Assembly (NCBI GenBank): GCA_041662985.1
Contig: JBAZRJ010000001.1
Span: forward strand, 4,667-68,666
DNA length: 64,000 nucleotides
Reading direction: 5' to 3'
Source of the DNA: Clostridia bacterium
GTDB lineage: Bacteria; Bacillota; Clostridia; Acetivibrionales; JBAZRJ01
The notes below the pieces were generated by a model. The model did not search any database and was not told the origin of the DNA. It saw nothing but the letters and a program-made list of their open reading frames with translations. Of the stretch, positions 37,919 through 46,997 are shown piece after piece. Each line of letters begins with the position of its first letter. The stretch's first letter is position 1. A program made the position numbers and the translations under genes.

Positions 37919-39316
37919 TTATTTCAATTCATTAACGATTCTTTTAAATAGATTACCGCGTTCCTCAAAGTTTTTAAACATATCAAAGCTTGTGCTGGCA
38001 GGTGATAACAGAATAACGTCTCCCGTACGTGCCTTTCTATACGCTGTTTTTACAAGTTCATCATAAGAATCACAGTAAATAATTGATATATCGCTTCCCT
38101 TACCTGTTTTAGCAATTTCGTCCCGTAAAGATTTTTCAATCAATGGACCGGTAGGTCCGATTAAAAGGAGACATTTAACCTTTTGGGCAATTACTTTTCC
38201 GATATCTTTATAAGTGATATTTTTATCTTTTCCACCGGCGAGTAAAATTACCGGCTGATCAAAAGTCGACAAAGCTGCAGTTGTACGGTTCGGACTGCTG
38301 TCAATAGAACTGTTGTAAAACCTGACTCCATTTAGCTCCCTTACAAGCTCAAGACGGTGCTCTACGCCCTTAAAAGTGCGGGCAACATTATTTATAGATT
38401 CGACATTTGTATAAGGATATGTGGCAGCTATTGCAGCAAGATAGTTCTCTATATTGTGGTTGCCCGGTATGAGTATATCTCCCGTATTCAAAATCTCAGT
38501 TTCATCAGTCCCGTTTGAATATACGATTTTCCCGTTATTAACATAAAATCCCCGGTCAAGTTTTTTAAGTCTGCTAAAAAAAACAAAATTGCTTTTTATT
38601 AGTTTTGAAAAATCTCTGGTTACTTCACTGTCGTAATTCAATATAGTTACGTTGCTCTTTGTCTGGTGTCTGAAAATATTTTCCTTCGCACTTTTATATT
38701 CTGCATAGGATTTATGAAAATCAAGATGGTTTTGGGTAAGGTTGGTAATTACAGCTACGGAAGGACTTTTTTGCATGGTTTGCAATTGAAAACTGCTTAA
38801 CTCGAGTATGACCATATCATCTTCTGTAATCCCATCAATCTTGTCAAGCAGAGGTGTGCCGATATTGCCGCCAATCCAGCATTTGTAGCCTGAGTCATTT
38901 AGAATTTTACAGATTAATGTTGTTGTAGTTGTTTTACCGTCGCTTCCGGTCACTCCGAAAATCTTTGCGGGACATACATCTAAAAAAACTTCAATCTCAG
39001 AAGTTACAACGGCACCGCTTTTATTTTCAGCAACAAGCTCGGGAATGTCGAATCTAATTCCCGGTGATCTGAATATATAATTAAAACCTTTTAATTCTTT
39101 TAAGTAATCGTTTCCGAGGCAGAAAGACACCTTCATACCTTCGAAATTCGAAATGGTATCCATTAATTTATTGCCCTCTGAACGGTCAAAAACAGTGACT
39201 TGGGCATCCATTTTATAAAGCAGTTTTACCAAAGGCGTGTTACTGATTCCAATACCTAAAACGGCAACTTTTTTGTTTTTCATTTTTGTTTTAAAATCCT
39301 CGAAGTTTTTAAACAA
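37919..39316 (-). CDS. murD: UDP-N-acetylmuramoylalanine--D-glutamate ligase
   Basis: VAVLGIGISN Rossmann N-terminus and GVTGSDGKTTTTTL P-loop. 465 aa. Confidence 0.93.
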   Translation of the reverse strand: MFKNFEDFKTKMKNKKVAVLGIGISNTPLVKLLYKMDAQVTVFDRSEGNKLMDTISNFEGMKVSFCLGNDYLKELKGFNYIFRSPGIRFDIPELVAENKSGAVVTSEIEVFLDVCPAKIFGVTGSDGKTTTTTLICKILNDSGYKCWIGGNIGTPLLDKIDGITEDDMVILELSSFQLQTMQKSPSVAVITNLTQNHLDFHKSYAEYKSAKENIFRHQTKSNVTILNYDSEVTRDFSKLIKSNFVFFSRLKKLDRGFYVNNGKIVYSNGTDETEILNTGDILIPGNHNIENYLAAIAATYPYTNVESINNVARTFKGVEHRLELVRELNGVRFYNSSIDSSPNRTTAALSTFDQPVILLAGGKDKNITYKDIGKVIAQKVKCLLLIGPTGPLIEKSLRDEIAKTGKGSDISIIYCDSYDELVKTAYRKARTGDVILLSPASTSFDMFKNFEERGNLFKRIVNELK

Positions 39317-39415
39317 AGCAGTCCCTCCTTGAGTTTATAAATATATATTATCATTAAAATAAAGAATTGACACTTGAAAAGAATATTTTTATCTAGTACA
39401 ATTATAATAATATTT

Positions 39416-39502
39416 GCGAGAGTGGTGGAATTGGCAGACGCGCTAGATTCAGGTTCTAGTGTCCGAAAGGACATAGGGGTTCAAGTCCCCTCCCTCGCAC
39501 CA
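39416..39502 (+). tRNA. tRNA-Leu (anticodon CAG), CCA-encoded
   Basis: GCGAGAG acceptor (one A-C mismatch), anticodon arm CTAGA-TTCAGGT-TCTAG, long variable arm GTCCGAAAGGAC, T arm AGGGG-TTCAAGT-CCCCT, then ACCA. TTGACA at 39367 suggests its own promoter. Confidence 0.92.
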
Positions 39503-39536
39503 GCACGAAAACGATGAGTTGTAATTTTAAACAGAA

Positions 39537-40310
39537 TTATGACTCTTCTTTTTTGTAAAAAAACATTTTAAATTGCTTAAGTTTATATTTTCCGCTTCGT
39601 AAAATTTGTTCAGTGCTTCCGACAAAAAGTATTCCGGTATCATTCATTGAATCATTAAATTTCATATAAATTTCTGATTTTGCTTTCTCGGTAAAATAAA
39701 TCAGAACATTTCTGCATACTATTAAATCGCATTTGACCGGATAATCATCCTTCAGCAAATCCAATTGTTTAAATTCAACACACCTTTTGATTTCGTTGCT
39801 CAAAGAATATTCTTCATTATTTACAATAAAATGCTTGCCGATGTATTCTTTTGGAAGTTTGCCGATGCTTTTTTTACTGTAAACCCCAAGTATTGCTTTT
39901 TCGATGGATCCATTATCAATATCGCTTGCGATTATTTTAATGTTTTTCAAAGGAATAAACTTATTCAGAATCATTGCAAGAGTATATGGCTCTTCTCCGG
40001 TTGAGCAAGCGGCACTCCAGATTCTCGGGTACTTAGTTGTTTTAAGAATCAGCGGAATTATTTCATTTTCAAGAACTTTGAACTGTTCGGAACTTCTGTA
40101 AAATTCGGATACATTTATTGTTAGATAATTGATAAATTCTTTATATAAAAATTCGTCATCATGTAATGCCCGGAAATAATCATCAAAATTCTGATAGTTG
40201 TTCTTTCTGATCAGAGATTCGATTCTCCTCTTCATTTGTCTCTCTTTATATGAATCAAGATTAATTCCTGTTAATTTGTCGATCTTGTTTTTGAAATTGG
40301 TGTAATCCAT
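39537..40310 (-). CDS. cheR: CheR-type protein-glutamate O-methyltransferase
   Basis: CheR N-terminal helical domain plus the SAM-binding IWSAACSTGEEPYTLAM and DLIVCRNVLIYF. Confidence 0.88.
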   Translation of the reverse strand: MDYTNFKNKIDKLTGINLDSYKERQMKRRIESLIRKNNYQNFDDYFRALHDDEFLYKEFINYLTINVSEFYRSSEQFKVLENEIIPLILKTTKYPRIWSAACSTGEEPYTLAMILNKFIPLKNIKIIASDIDNGSIEKAILGVYSKKSIGKLPKEYIGKHFIVNNEEYSLSNEIKRCVEFKQLDLLKDDYPVKCDLIVCRNVLIYFTEKAKSEIYMKFNDSMNDTGILFVGSTEQILRSGKYKLKQFKMFFYKKEES

Positions 40311-40370
40311 CAGAAATCCCTCTTCTCAAATAAGAATATCATAACTAATATTGATGTGGTTTTGTGATTT

Positions 40371-40405
40371 CAATAAAAAACAAAAGACATGTTTTATTAA
40401 ACATG
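40371..40405 (-). terminator. rho-independent terminator after speD
   Basis: On the - strand: CATGTTT, loop AATA, AAACATG, followed by TCTTTTGTTTTTTATTG. Confidence 0.7.
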
Positions 40406-40425
40406 CCTCTCATAATCAATTTATA

Positions 40426-40800
40426 TTAATAATTTGCAACCTTGACGGGTTCTTCGAATATGCCGCGTTTCACCTCTGTTGCAGTCATGTGCTTAGCATT
40501 AAATTTCTCAGTCAGATAATTGCATGCATCCCAGGGATTGCACTTATCTCCGCAAGTAAATACGTCAACTGCCGCATATCCCAATTCCGGCCATGTATGA
40601 ATCGCCAAATGGGATTCTGAAATAACAACCACACCGCTTACTCCCTGCGGACTAAACTTATGAAATGCAACCTCGCGTATTTCTGCACCTGCTTCTAAAG
40701 CTGCTTCTACCATTGTCTTTTCAATTAAGTTACGATTGTTAAGTATCTCGGGATCGCACTCATATATTTCAGCCAGAATATGACGGCCTAAAGCATTCAT
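40426..40800 (-). CDS. speD: S-adenosylmethionine decarboxylase proenzyme (small pyruvoyl type)
   Basis: 124 aa with the self-cleavage region VVISESHLAIHTWPE. AAGGAGG RBS. Confidence 0.93.
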   Translation of the reverse strand: MNALGRHILAEIYECDPEILNNRNLIEKTMVEAALEAGAEIREVAFHKFSPQGVSGVVVISESHLAIHTWPELGYAAVDVFTCGDKCNPWDACNYLTEKFNAKHMTATEVKRGIFEEPVKVANY

Positions 40801-40886
40801 TTAACGCAATTCCTCCTTAGACATTTTAGATAAAATATCAACAACCTTTCCATTTTTTGAAATTCTAAATAATTTCAATAGATTTT

Positions 40887-40914
40887 ATTTTAGCAGATTC
40901 ACTATAAATGTCAA
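40887..40914 (-). promoter_or_regulatory. sigma-A-type speD promoter
   Basis: On the - strand: TTGACA (40914-40909), 16-bp spacer, TAAAAT (40892-40887). Confidence 0.55.
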
Positions 40915-40986
40915 TAGTTTTTAAAAATTATTGTATATTATTGTATATACAATGCTGACTGAAGTTTATTGCAAAATAACTCAGGA

Positions 40987-43155
40987 TTACTCTTTATCCT
41001 TGACGATTTCTTCTGTTTTATCCTTTGAGACAGCTTTTTTCTTTTTTTCTGTTTCTTTCTCTTCCTTTTTCAAAGACTTTTTCACAGGTTTTTTTACTGT
41101 TTTTTTCTCAGTTTTTGCTTCGGCTTTTTCTTTTTTCTTTTTTTCAGTTTTTATCTCAACGATTTCTTCGGCATTTACCTCAGTCTTTACTTCAATATTT
41201 TCCGAACTTTTTTCAGCTGTTTCATCTGCAGCATCATCAGATTCGGGTAAAATATCTTTTATGCTGAGGCCGATCTTCTTTGTTTCAAGATTTAATTCAA
41301 CTATTTTTGCCTCTACATCCTGTCCGATTGCCAATAAATCTCCGGGTTTGCCGATTTTAAAATTTGATATCTGAGAAATATGGACAAGACCGTCAACGCC
41401 CTTTTCCAATTCTACGAATACACCAAATGGAACAAGTCTTGTAATCTTTCCTTTAATAACATCTCCGACTTTATATTTATCGGCAATATTTTTCCAGGGG
41501 TTTTCATCTTCGTTCTTTAAACTCAAAGATATTCTCTTCTTATCTTTATCAAAATCAAGGATTGTTACTTCAACAGTGTCTCCGATGTTAAGAATATCCG
41601 ATGGATGTTTTACTCTTGTCCATGACAATTCGGAAAGGTGAACAAGACCATCAACGCCACCGATATCTACAAATGCGCCGAAATCAGTAAATCCTTTGAC
41701 TGTACCTGAAATTTTCTTTCCTTTTTCGATATTATCCCAGACAGCAGAGCTGTTCTTATGCTTTTCTTCTTCCAAAATAACTCTTCCGGAGCCGATGATT
41801 TTTCTTCTTTCTTTATTGTTTTCGATGATTCTTATTCGAATGGTTTTGTGAAGGAATTCATTGAGATCTTTAATGTATTTATTGCTGAGCTGCGAAGCAG
41901 GTACAAACACCTTTATTCCTTTTACGATTGCTATTACTCCGCCGTTTGTTATTTCCGTGACTTTGGCACTTAATGTTGTTTTGTTCGCATAAGCCTCATC
42001 AATTACCTCGAAATTCTTTAGGGAATCGATTTTCCTCTTTGAAAGCAGAACTGTTCCTTCAACATCGTTAACCCGTACTACGAATACCTTGATTTCTTCT
42101 CCGACTTTTAATTCTTTTTCAGGATCAAAATCCGGGTCGGTCGAATATTCTCCTATAGGGATTATTCCGTCCGATTTGAAACCTAAATCAACAAAAACTT
42201 CAGCCGCATTAAACCCTATAATTTTGCCCATTACAACATCACCTGATTTCAATGTTATAAGTGATTCCTCAAATGCATCGGCAAAATTAAATTCTACATC
42301 CTTTTTATTTAATTCATCCATTTTTTTTACAACCTCCTTGATAATCCAATCCGGGGTTGATGCTCCGGCTGTGATACCAATTTTCTTTATTTTTTTTATA
42401 TCTACCGGCGGAAGTTCCCCGGGGACTTCTATTATGAAAGTTTCTTTACAGTATTTCCTGCATATTTCATAAAGCTTGTTTGTATTTGAACTGTTTTTAC
42501 TGCCTATCACTATCATTAAATCCACTCTGTTGGCTATATCTGAAGCTTCTTCCTGTCTTGTTGAAGTTGCATTACATATTGTATCAAACTTTACTATATT
42601 TTTAAATCTATTTTTTAATAATTTATTCAATTTAACCCAATTGTCACCGGTTATTGTTGTTTGTGCCACTACACATATTTTATCGTCGATGTCGGGAAGA
42701 TTGTTTATGTCTTCCTGTGATTCAACAACAAACGCATTGTTGCCTGACCATCCGTTAATTCCGATAACCTCGGGATGTTCTTTGTTTCCGATTATAATAA
42801 TCGTATAACCATCATCACTCTTCTCCTTTACAAGATCGTGAATTTTTTTTACATATGGGCAGGTAGCATCTATCAAAGATAAACCCTTATCATCTATCTT
42901 TTTATATGTTTCAGGACTTGCACCGTGTGCTCTGACAATTATGTTGCCTTCAAGGACGGATTCGTCTATATTATCAATTACCTTTAAACCTTTTGAGGTC
43001 AATAATCCAATAACCTGTTCATTATGAATTATCGGGCCAAGTGAATATACTTTATTTTTATCAACTTCAGCATTATTCAACAAGTCCAACGCTTTATTTA
43101 CAGCCCTGTCAACTCCAAAGCAGAAGCCGGCTGTTGAGGCAATAATTATTTCCAA
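40987..43155 (-). CDS. ispH: bifunctional 4-hydroxy-3-methylbut-2-enyl diphosphate reductase (IspH) / S1-domain RNA-binding protein fusion
   Basis: The N-terminal ~280 aa is IspH/LytB (MEIIIASTAGFCFGVDRAV, ATCPYV, SSNTNKL). Four S1 repeats follow, then a ~90-aa K/E-rich tail. Confidence 0.93.
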   Translation of the reverse strand: MEIIIASTAGFCFGVDRAVNKALDLLNNAEVDKNKVYSLGPIIHNEQVIGLLTSKGLKVIDNIDESVLEGNIIVRAHGASPETYKKIDDKGLSLIDATCPYVKKIHDLVKEKSDDGYTIIIIGNKEHPEVIGINGWSGNNAFVVESQEDINNLPDIDDKICVVAQTTITGDNWVKLNKLLKNRFKNIVKFDTICNATSTRQEEASDIANRVDLMIVIGSKNSSNTNKLYEICRKYCKETFIIEVPGELPPVDIKKIKKIGITAGASTPDWIIKEVVKKMDELNKKDVEFNFADAFEESLITLKSGDVVMGKIIGFNAAEVFVDLGFKSDGIIPIGEYSTDPDFDPEKELKVGEEIKVFVVRVNDVEGTVLLSKRKIDSLKNFEVIDEAYANKTTLSAKVTEITNGGVIAIVKGIKVFVPASQLSNKYIKDLNEFLHKTIRIRIIENNKERRKIIGSGRVILEEEKHKNSSAVWDNIEKGKKISGTVKGFTDFGAFVDIGGVDGLVHLSELSWTRVKHPSDILNIGDTVEVTILDFDKDKKRISLSLKNEDENPWKNIADKYKVGDVIKGKITRLVPFGVFVELEKGVDGLVHISQISNFKIGKPGDLLAIGQDVEAKIVELNLETKKIGLSIKDILPESDDAADETAEKSSENIEVKTEVNAEEIVEIKTEKKKKEKAEAKTEKKTVKKPVKKSLKKEEKETEKKKKAVSKDKTEEIVKDKE

Positions 43156-43743
43156 TTATTTCTCCTCCATTAGCTTATAAATCTTATCCATTATTATTTT
43201 ACTCATGTCTGCAAGGTCTTCTTTTGAGGCTTTTTTGTTCTTGGAATCAGGGAGCATAAACGGTATTCCGATATTAATTTTAATGCGTCCAAAAAGCCTG
43301 TATTCTCCGGATATTGCTACCGGTATTATCGGAACGGATGCCTCGTGCGCAAACAAAGCGGCGCCTGATTTTATTTTTACGGAATCTCTGCTCCTGTCTC
43401 TCATACGCGTTCCTTCAGGAAATATACCGATTATATGCTCTTCTTCTAAAATCTTAAATACATTTCTGAACATGCTTACATCTGCGAAGCTTCTTTTTAC
43501 AGGAAATGCACCTAAATAAGTAATTATTTTCGATAAAATCGGATTGCGGAATAATTCCTCTTTTGCCATATAATGAATAAGCCTTTTTGACTTATACCCT
43601 ATGAAAAACATATCCAATTGACCGATATGGTTTGAGCAAAGTATTGCCGCGCCTTTATTCGGTATATTTTCCAAACCGTTTATTTTTATCTTATAGAATA
43701 TTGTAAAGTATATATTTACAAGTGCCCTGATTATTCTGATCAT
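43156..43743 (-). CDS. plsC: 1-acyl-sn-glycerol-3-phosphate acyltransferase
   Basis: NHIGQLD (HX4D) and FPEGTR acyltransferase motifs. Confidence 0.9.
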   Translation of the reverse strand: MIRIIRALVNIYFTIFYKIKINGLENIPNKGAAILCSNHIGQLDMFFIGYKSKRLIHYMAKEELFRNPILSKIITYLGAFPVKRSFADVSMFRNVFKILEEEHIIGIFPEGTRMRDRSRDSVKIKSGAALFAHEASVPIIPVAISGEYRLFGRIKINIGIPFMLPDSKNKKASKEDLADMSKIIMDKIYKLMEEK

Positions 43744-43744
43744 T

Positions 43745-44410
43745 TTATTTCCCTATTAATGAAATTATTTTTTTTACAACTTCATCTATCGTCATTTCAG
43801 TTGTGTCTATTTCTATGGCGTCTTCGGCTTTGATCAACGGAGCAAAATTTCTGGTGCTGTCGTTCTTGTCTCTGGTAATGATATCATTCTTTACGTCTTC
43901 AAAAGAAATATCATTTACATTCTTTTCATGAAGCTCTTTTAGCCTTCTATTCGAGCGTTCATCAACCGATGCACTTAAAAATATCTTCAGATTTGCATTG
44001 GGTAAAACAAAAGAACCGATGTCTCTGCCGTCCATTACAACATCGTTATTATTTGCAATCTTGCGTTGTATTTGCACAAGCTTTAATCTGACCTCGGGAA
44101 TAACAGCAACATTTGATGCCCCGATTGAAATTTCCGGAGTTCTTATTTCCATGTTTACGTCTTTCCCGTCAAGTAACACATGCTGCTCTTTATTCATATG
44201 AATTATATTAATACTAATATCTTTTAGAATACTCAAAACTTTGTCTTTGTCCCTTGTGTCAAATGAATTGTTTACGGCTTTCAGCGCAACAGCTCTATAC
44301 ATGGCGCCGGTATCAATATACAACATTCCGAGTTTATCGGCAATCCTTCTGGCAATAGTGCTTTTACCTGCTCCGGCAGGACCGTCGATAGCAATGTTTA
44401 TTCTATCCAT
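43745..44410 (-). CDS. cmk: cytidylate kinase
   Basis: IAIDGPAGAGKST P-loop. 221 aa. Conserved cmk-plsC-ispH/S1 order. Confidence 0.95.
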   Translation of the reverse strand: MDRINIAIDGPAGAGKSTIARRIADKLGMLYIDTGAMYRAVALKAVNNSFDTRDKDKVLSILKDISINIIHMNKEQHVLLDGKDVNMEIRTPEISIGASNVAVIPEVRLKLVQIQRKIANNNDVVMDGRDIGSFVLPNANLKIFLSASVDERSNRRLKELHEKNVNDISFEDVKNDIITRDKNDSTRNFAPLIKAEDAIEIDTTEMTIDEVVKKIISLIGK

Positions 44411-44782
44411 TTATGAATTCCCCCTGTTCAGGTCCGGTCTCAATGATCTGGCGTCTTTAAGATAAATGTGTTTGATATCGCTGTTGGATTTTTCGGTGTT
44501 TACCTGAATCAAAACACGAATACATTTTTTTAAACCGTTTTTTACATTAAGTTCGTTCATGCAAAGCAAAGAAACATCCGTTATTCCCATTTGTCTGGCA
44601 GCAATTGCCGGGAAAGCAGCGTCAAGATCACTTGTCATTGTGAAAATAATGCTTACCAAATCTTCCTTTTTGATATCATTTTGTTTGAATATTTCCGTCA
44701 GAAGATTCTCGGTGTTGCTGATGATATCTAAAGAAGTGTTGCTTTCGACCGTTACAGCTCCTCTAATTCCGCGAACAAACAT
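44411..44782 (-). CDS. aroH: chorismate mutase, AroH class
   Basis: MFVRGIRGAVTVE N-terminus and SLRPDL C-terminus, typical of AroH. Confidence 0.88.
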   Translation of the reverse strand: MFVRGIRGAVTVESNTSLDIISNTENLLTEIFKQNDIKKEDLVSIIFTMTSDLDAAFPAIAARQMGITDVSLLCMNELNVKNGLKKCIRVLIQVNTEKSNSDIKHIYLKDARSLRPDLNRGNS

Positions 44783-44816
44783 AATATTCCTCCAAATAGA
44801 AGTATAATTATTAATG

Positions 44817-44845
44817 ATTATATATTATCATTAATTTTATAACAA
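44817..44845 (-). promoter_or_regulatory. sigma-A-type promoter for aroH-cmk-plsC
   Basis: On the - strand: TTGTTA (44845-44840), 17-bp spacer, TATAAT (44822-44817), within the 70-nt gap. Confidence 0.55.
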
Positions 44846-44852
44846 GTGGAAT

Positions 44853-46082
44853 TTAGCAACTTGAACCCGCCAGGTGACCTGTTGAAAAGGCGATTGTTAG
44901 ATTAAATCCGCCGGTATATGCATCAACATCAATTATCTCGCCTGCAAAGAACAAATTAGATACTATTTTTGATTCCATAGTCGATGGATTGATTTCCTTG
45001 CAATTTATTCCGCCTGCGGTGACAATTGCTTCATTGATCGGTCTGGTGCCTTCGATTGTGAGCTTGAAATTCTTAAATAGTTCCAAAATTACCTTTCTTT
45101 CTTCTCTTGTGATTTGATTTATAAATTTTTCAGGATCAATGCCTGAAAGCATTATAAAGACGGGAATCATTTTTTTAGGCAATAAATCATCCAGTGAATT
45201 TTTGAATTGTTTTTTTGAATATTTTTCGAAATCCCTTTGAATTCTCAAATCAAGTGTTTGAGACGACAATGCGGGTTTCAAATCAATCATGAGTTCAATA
45301 CCCTCATATCCGTAATCGGATATATGGCGGCTTGAACTCAGTATTATCGGACCCGAAACACCAAAATGCGTAAAAAGCATTTCTCCGAAATCTTCGTAAA
45401 TGGTTTTACCTTTTGGTGTTTTCATTTTTATTCCTACATTCCGAAGCGAAATGCCCTGAAGATCCTTTACCCAATTTTCTTTTACGGTCAACGGCACTAA
45501 CGAAGGTTTAAGATCATCGATTTTATGTCCCAATTCTTTTGCAAATTTATATCCGTCACCGGTTGAACCGGTTTTTGGATATGATAACCCCCCCGTTGCA
45601 ATAATTAATGAATCACAAGAGATTGTATCGCCTGTTTTTAAAATAATTCCAGAGACAGAATTATCTGATGTCTTTATTTTTGTGACCTGGGAGTTTAATT
45701 TTAGAGTGACACCTGATTTTTTAACATATTTGAGCAAAACATTTGCAACATCTTCCGCATTGTCGGAAACGGGAAAAACTCTGTTTCCTCTTTCGACTTT
45801 TGTTTCGAGCCCATGGTCATTTAAAAAATTTATGATGTCCTTATTTGAAAAGGAATAAAAGGAAGAATATAAAAAGTCACCGTTACCCGGTGTATTGGAA
45901 ACAAGTCCGTCAATATCGGTGTCATTTGTTATGTTGCAACGGCCTTTGCCTGAAATAAGAAGCTTTTTGCCGGGTTGTTTATTCTTTTCGATTAAAATGA
46001 CATCGTTTCCACGTTCTGCAGCAACACCGGCAGCCATAAGACCCGCAGGACCGGCGCCGACGACAATAACTTTTTTAGTCAT
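44853..46082 (-). CDS. NAD(P)/FAD-dependent oxidoreductase, HI0933/BaiN-like flavoprotein
   Basis: VIVVGAGPAGLMAAG Rossmann motif, GKGRCN, and C-terminal GEIIDVDAYTGGFNL. Confidence 0.87.
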   Translation of the reverse strand: MTKKVIVVGAGPAGLMAAGVAAERGNDVILIEKNKQPGKKLLISGKGRCNITNDTDIDGLVSNTPGNGDFLYSSFYSFSNKDIINFLNDHGLETKVERGNRVFPVSDNAEDVANVLLKYVKKSGVTLKLNSQVTKIKTSDNSVSGIILKTGDTISCDSLIIATGGLSYPKTGSTGDGYKFAKELGHKIDDLKPSLVPLTVKENWVKDLQGISLRNVGIKMKTPKGKTIYEDFGEMLFTHFGVSGPIILSSSRHISDYGYEGIELMIDLKPALSSQTLDLRIQRDFEKYSKKQFKNSLDDLLPKKMIPVFIMLSGIDPEKFINQITREERKVILELFKNFKLTIEGTRPINEAIVTAGGINCKEINPSTMESKIVSNLFFAGEIIDVDAYTGGFNLTIAFSTGHLAGSSC

Positions 46083-46983
46083 TTAACGTATCTTCCCTCT
46101 GCAAAATATCAGAACCATCGAACTTTTCATACACCTGATATTCGTCCCAAATCTTTTCAAGTCTTTCAAATGTCTCGTATATGCTTTGTTTACGACTTGC
46201 ACCCACTGCAACAATAAGAGCGTTAATTATACTTAAAGGAGCTACCAGAGAATCAACAAAGGAAGCCATGTCGCTTCTCGCAATCAATGAATAGTGTGCA
46301 GTTTTGGCAAGGGGTGATTCAACACTGTCCGTAATTGCAATTACTGTTGCATTTTGGCTTTTGACATATTCCATTGCTTTAATGGTCCGTTTTGAATATC
46401 TGGGGAAGCTGATACCTATCACAAGGTCACCTTCAGTAACTCTTATTATCTGTTCGAACATTTCGCTGACACTGGTTGTATGGACAAGTCTGACATTATC
46501 AAATATCAAATTAAAATAAAAACCCAGGAAACTTGCAAGGGGTGCTGAACTGCGGACTCCCAAAATATATATCTTTTTTGCCTTTAATATATTTTCAACG
46601 ACTTTGTTAAAGGTCGTTTGGTCAACCTCTGCGAGTGTAATTTTAATTTTATCCATATCGGATTGAAGGACACTTTTTAAAATGTTTTCTTCGCTTATTC
46701 TGTTTGAAGAAACTTCTATCCTTTGCAGTGATGTCAATTTGCTTTTAATAAGTTCCTGCAGGAGTTTCTGAAGCTTTGGATAGCCTTCAAATCCAAGCTC
46801 TGTAGCAAATCTTACGACGGTTGACTCGCTCACTCCGACAATATCGCCTAATGCTGCGGCTGTCATGAATGCCGCTTTGTCATAGTGATTAATAATATAA
46901 TTTGCGATTAATTTTTGACCTTTGCTGAAATTCTTCATATTGATTTTTATCTTGTTAAGCAAATCCTGAATTTGGTTTTCCAT
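46075..46983 (-). CDS. MurR/RpiR-family transcriptional regulator (HTH plus SIS domain)
   Basis: N-terminal HTH_6-like (AALGDIVGVSESTVVRFATELGF) and a SIS domain (KKIYILGVRSS). AAGGAG RBS. Overlaps the flavoprotein gene by 8 nt. Confidence 0.9.
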   Translation of the reverse strand: MENQIQDLLNKIKINMKNFSKGQKLIANYIINHYDKAAFMTAAALGDIVGVSESTVVRFATELGFEGYPKLQKLLQELIKSKLTSLQRIEVSSNRISEENILKSVLQSDMDKIKITLAEVDQTTFNKVVENILKAKKIYILGVRSSAPLASFLGFYFNLIFDNVRLVHTTSVSEMFEQIIRVTEGDLVIGISFPRYSKRTIKAMEYVKSQNATVIAITDSVESPLAKTAHYSLIARSDMASFVDSLVAPLSIINALIVAVGASRKQSIYETFERLEKIWDEYQVYEKFDGSDILQREDTLND

Positions 46984-46997
46984 ATCAGTCTCCTTGT

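Noticed and set aside
39280-39474. 64-aa - strand ORF in the murD/tRNA gap
   Set aside because: It overlaps the well-folded tRNA-Leu(CAG) gene and the murD start, and has no RBS. Spurious.
40313-40327. AAATCCCTCTTCTC next to the cheR start, considered as a degenerate direct repeat of the tRNA-Leu 3' end (AAGTCCCCTCCCTCGC) marking an island boundary
   Set aside because: About 12 of 20 matches at best. The similarity is explained by it being the complement of the cheR ribosome-binding site, and no integrase is present.
40931-41374. 147-aa F/S-rich ORF on the + strand
   Set aside because: It is the mirror image of the K/E-rich tail of the IspH-S1 protein. Its low-complexity sequence comes from a purine-rich coding strand, so it is not a gene.
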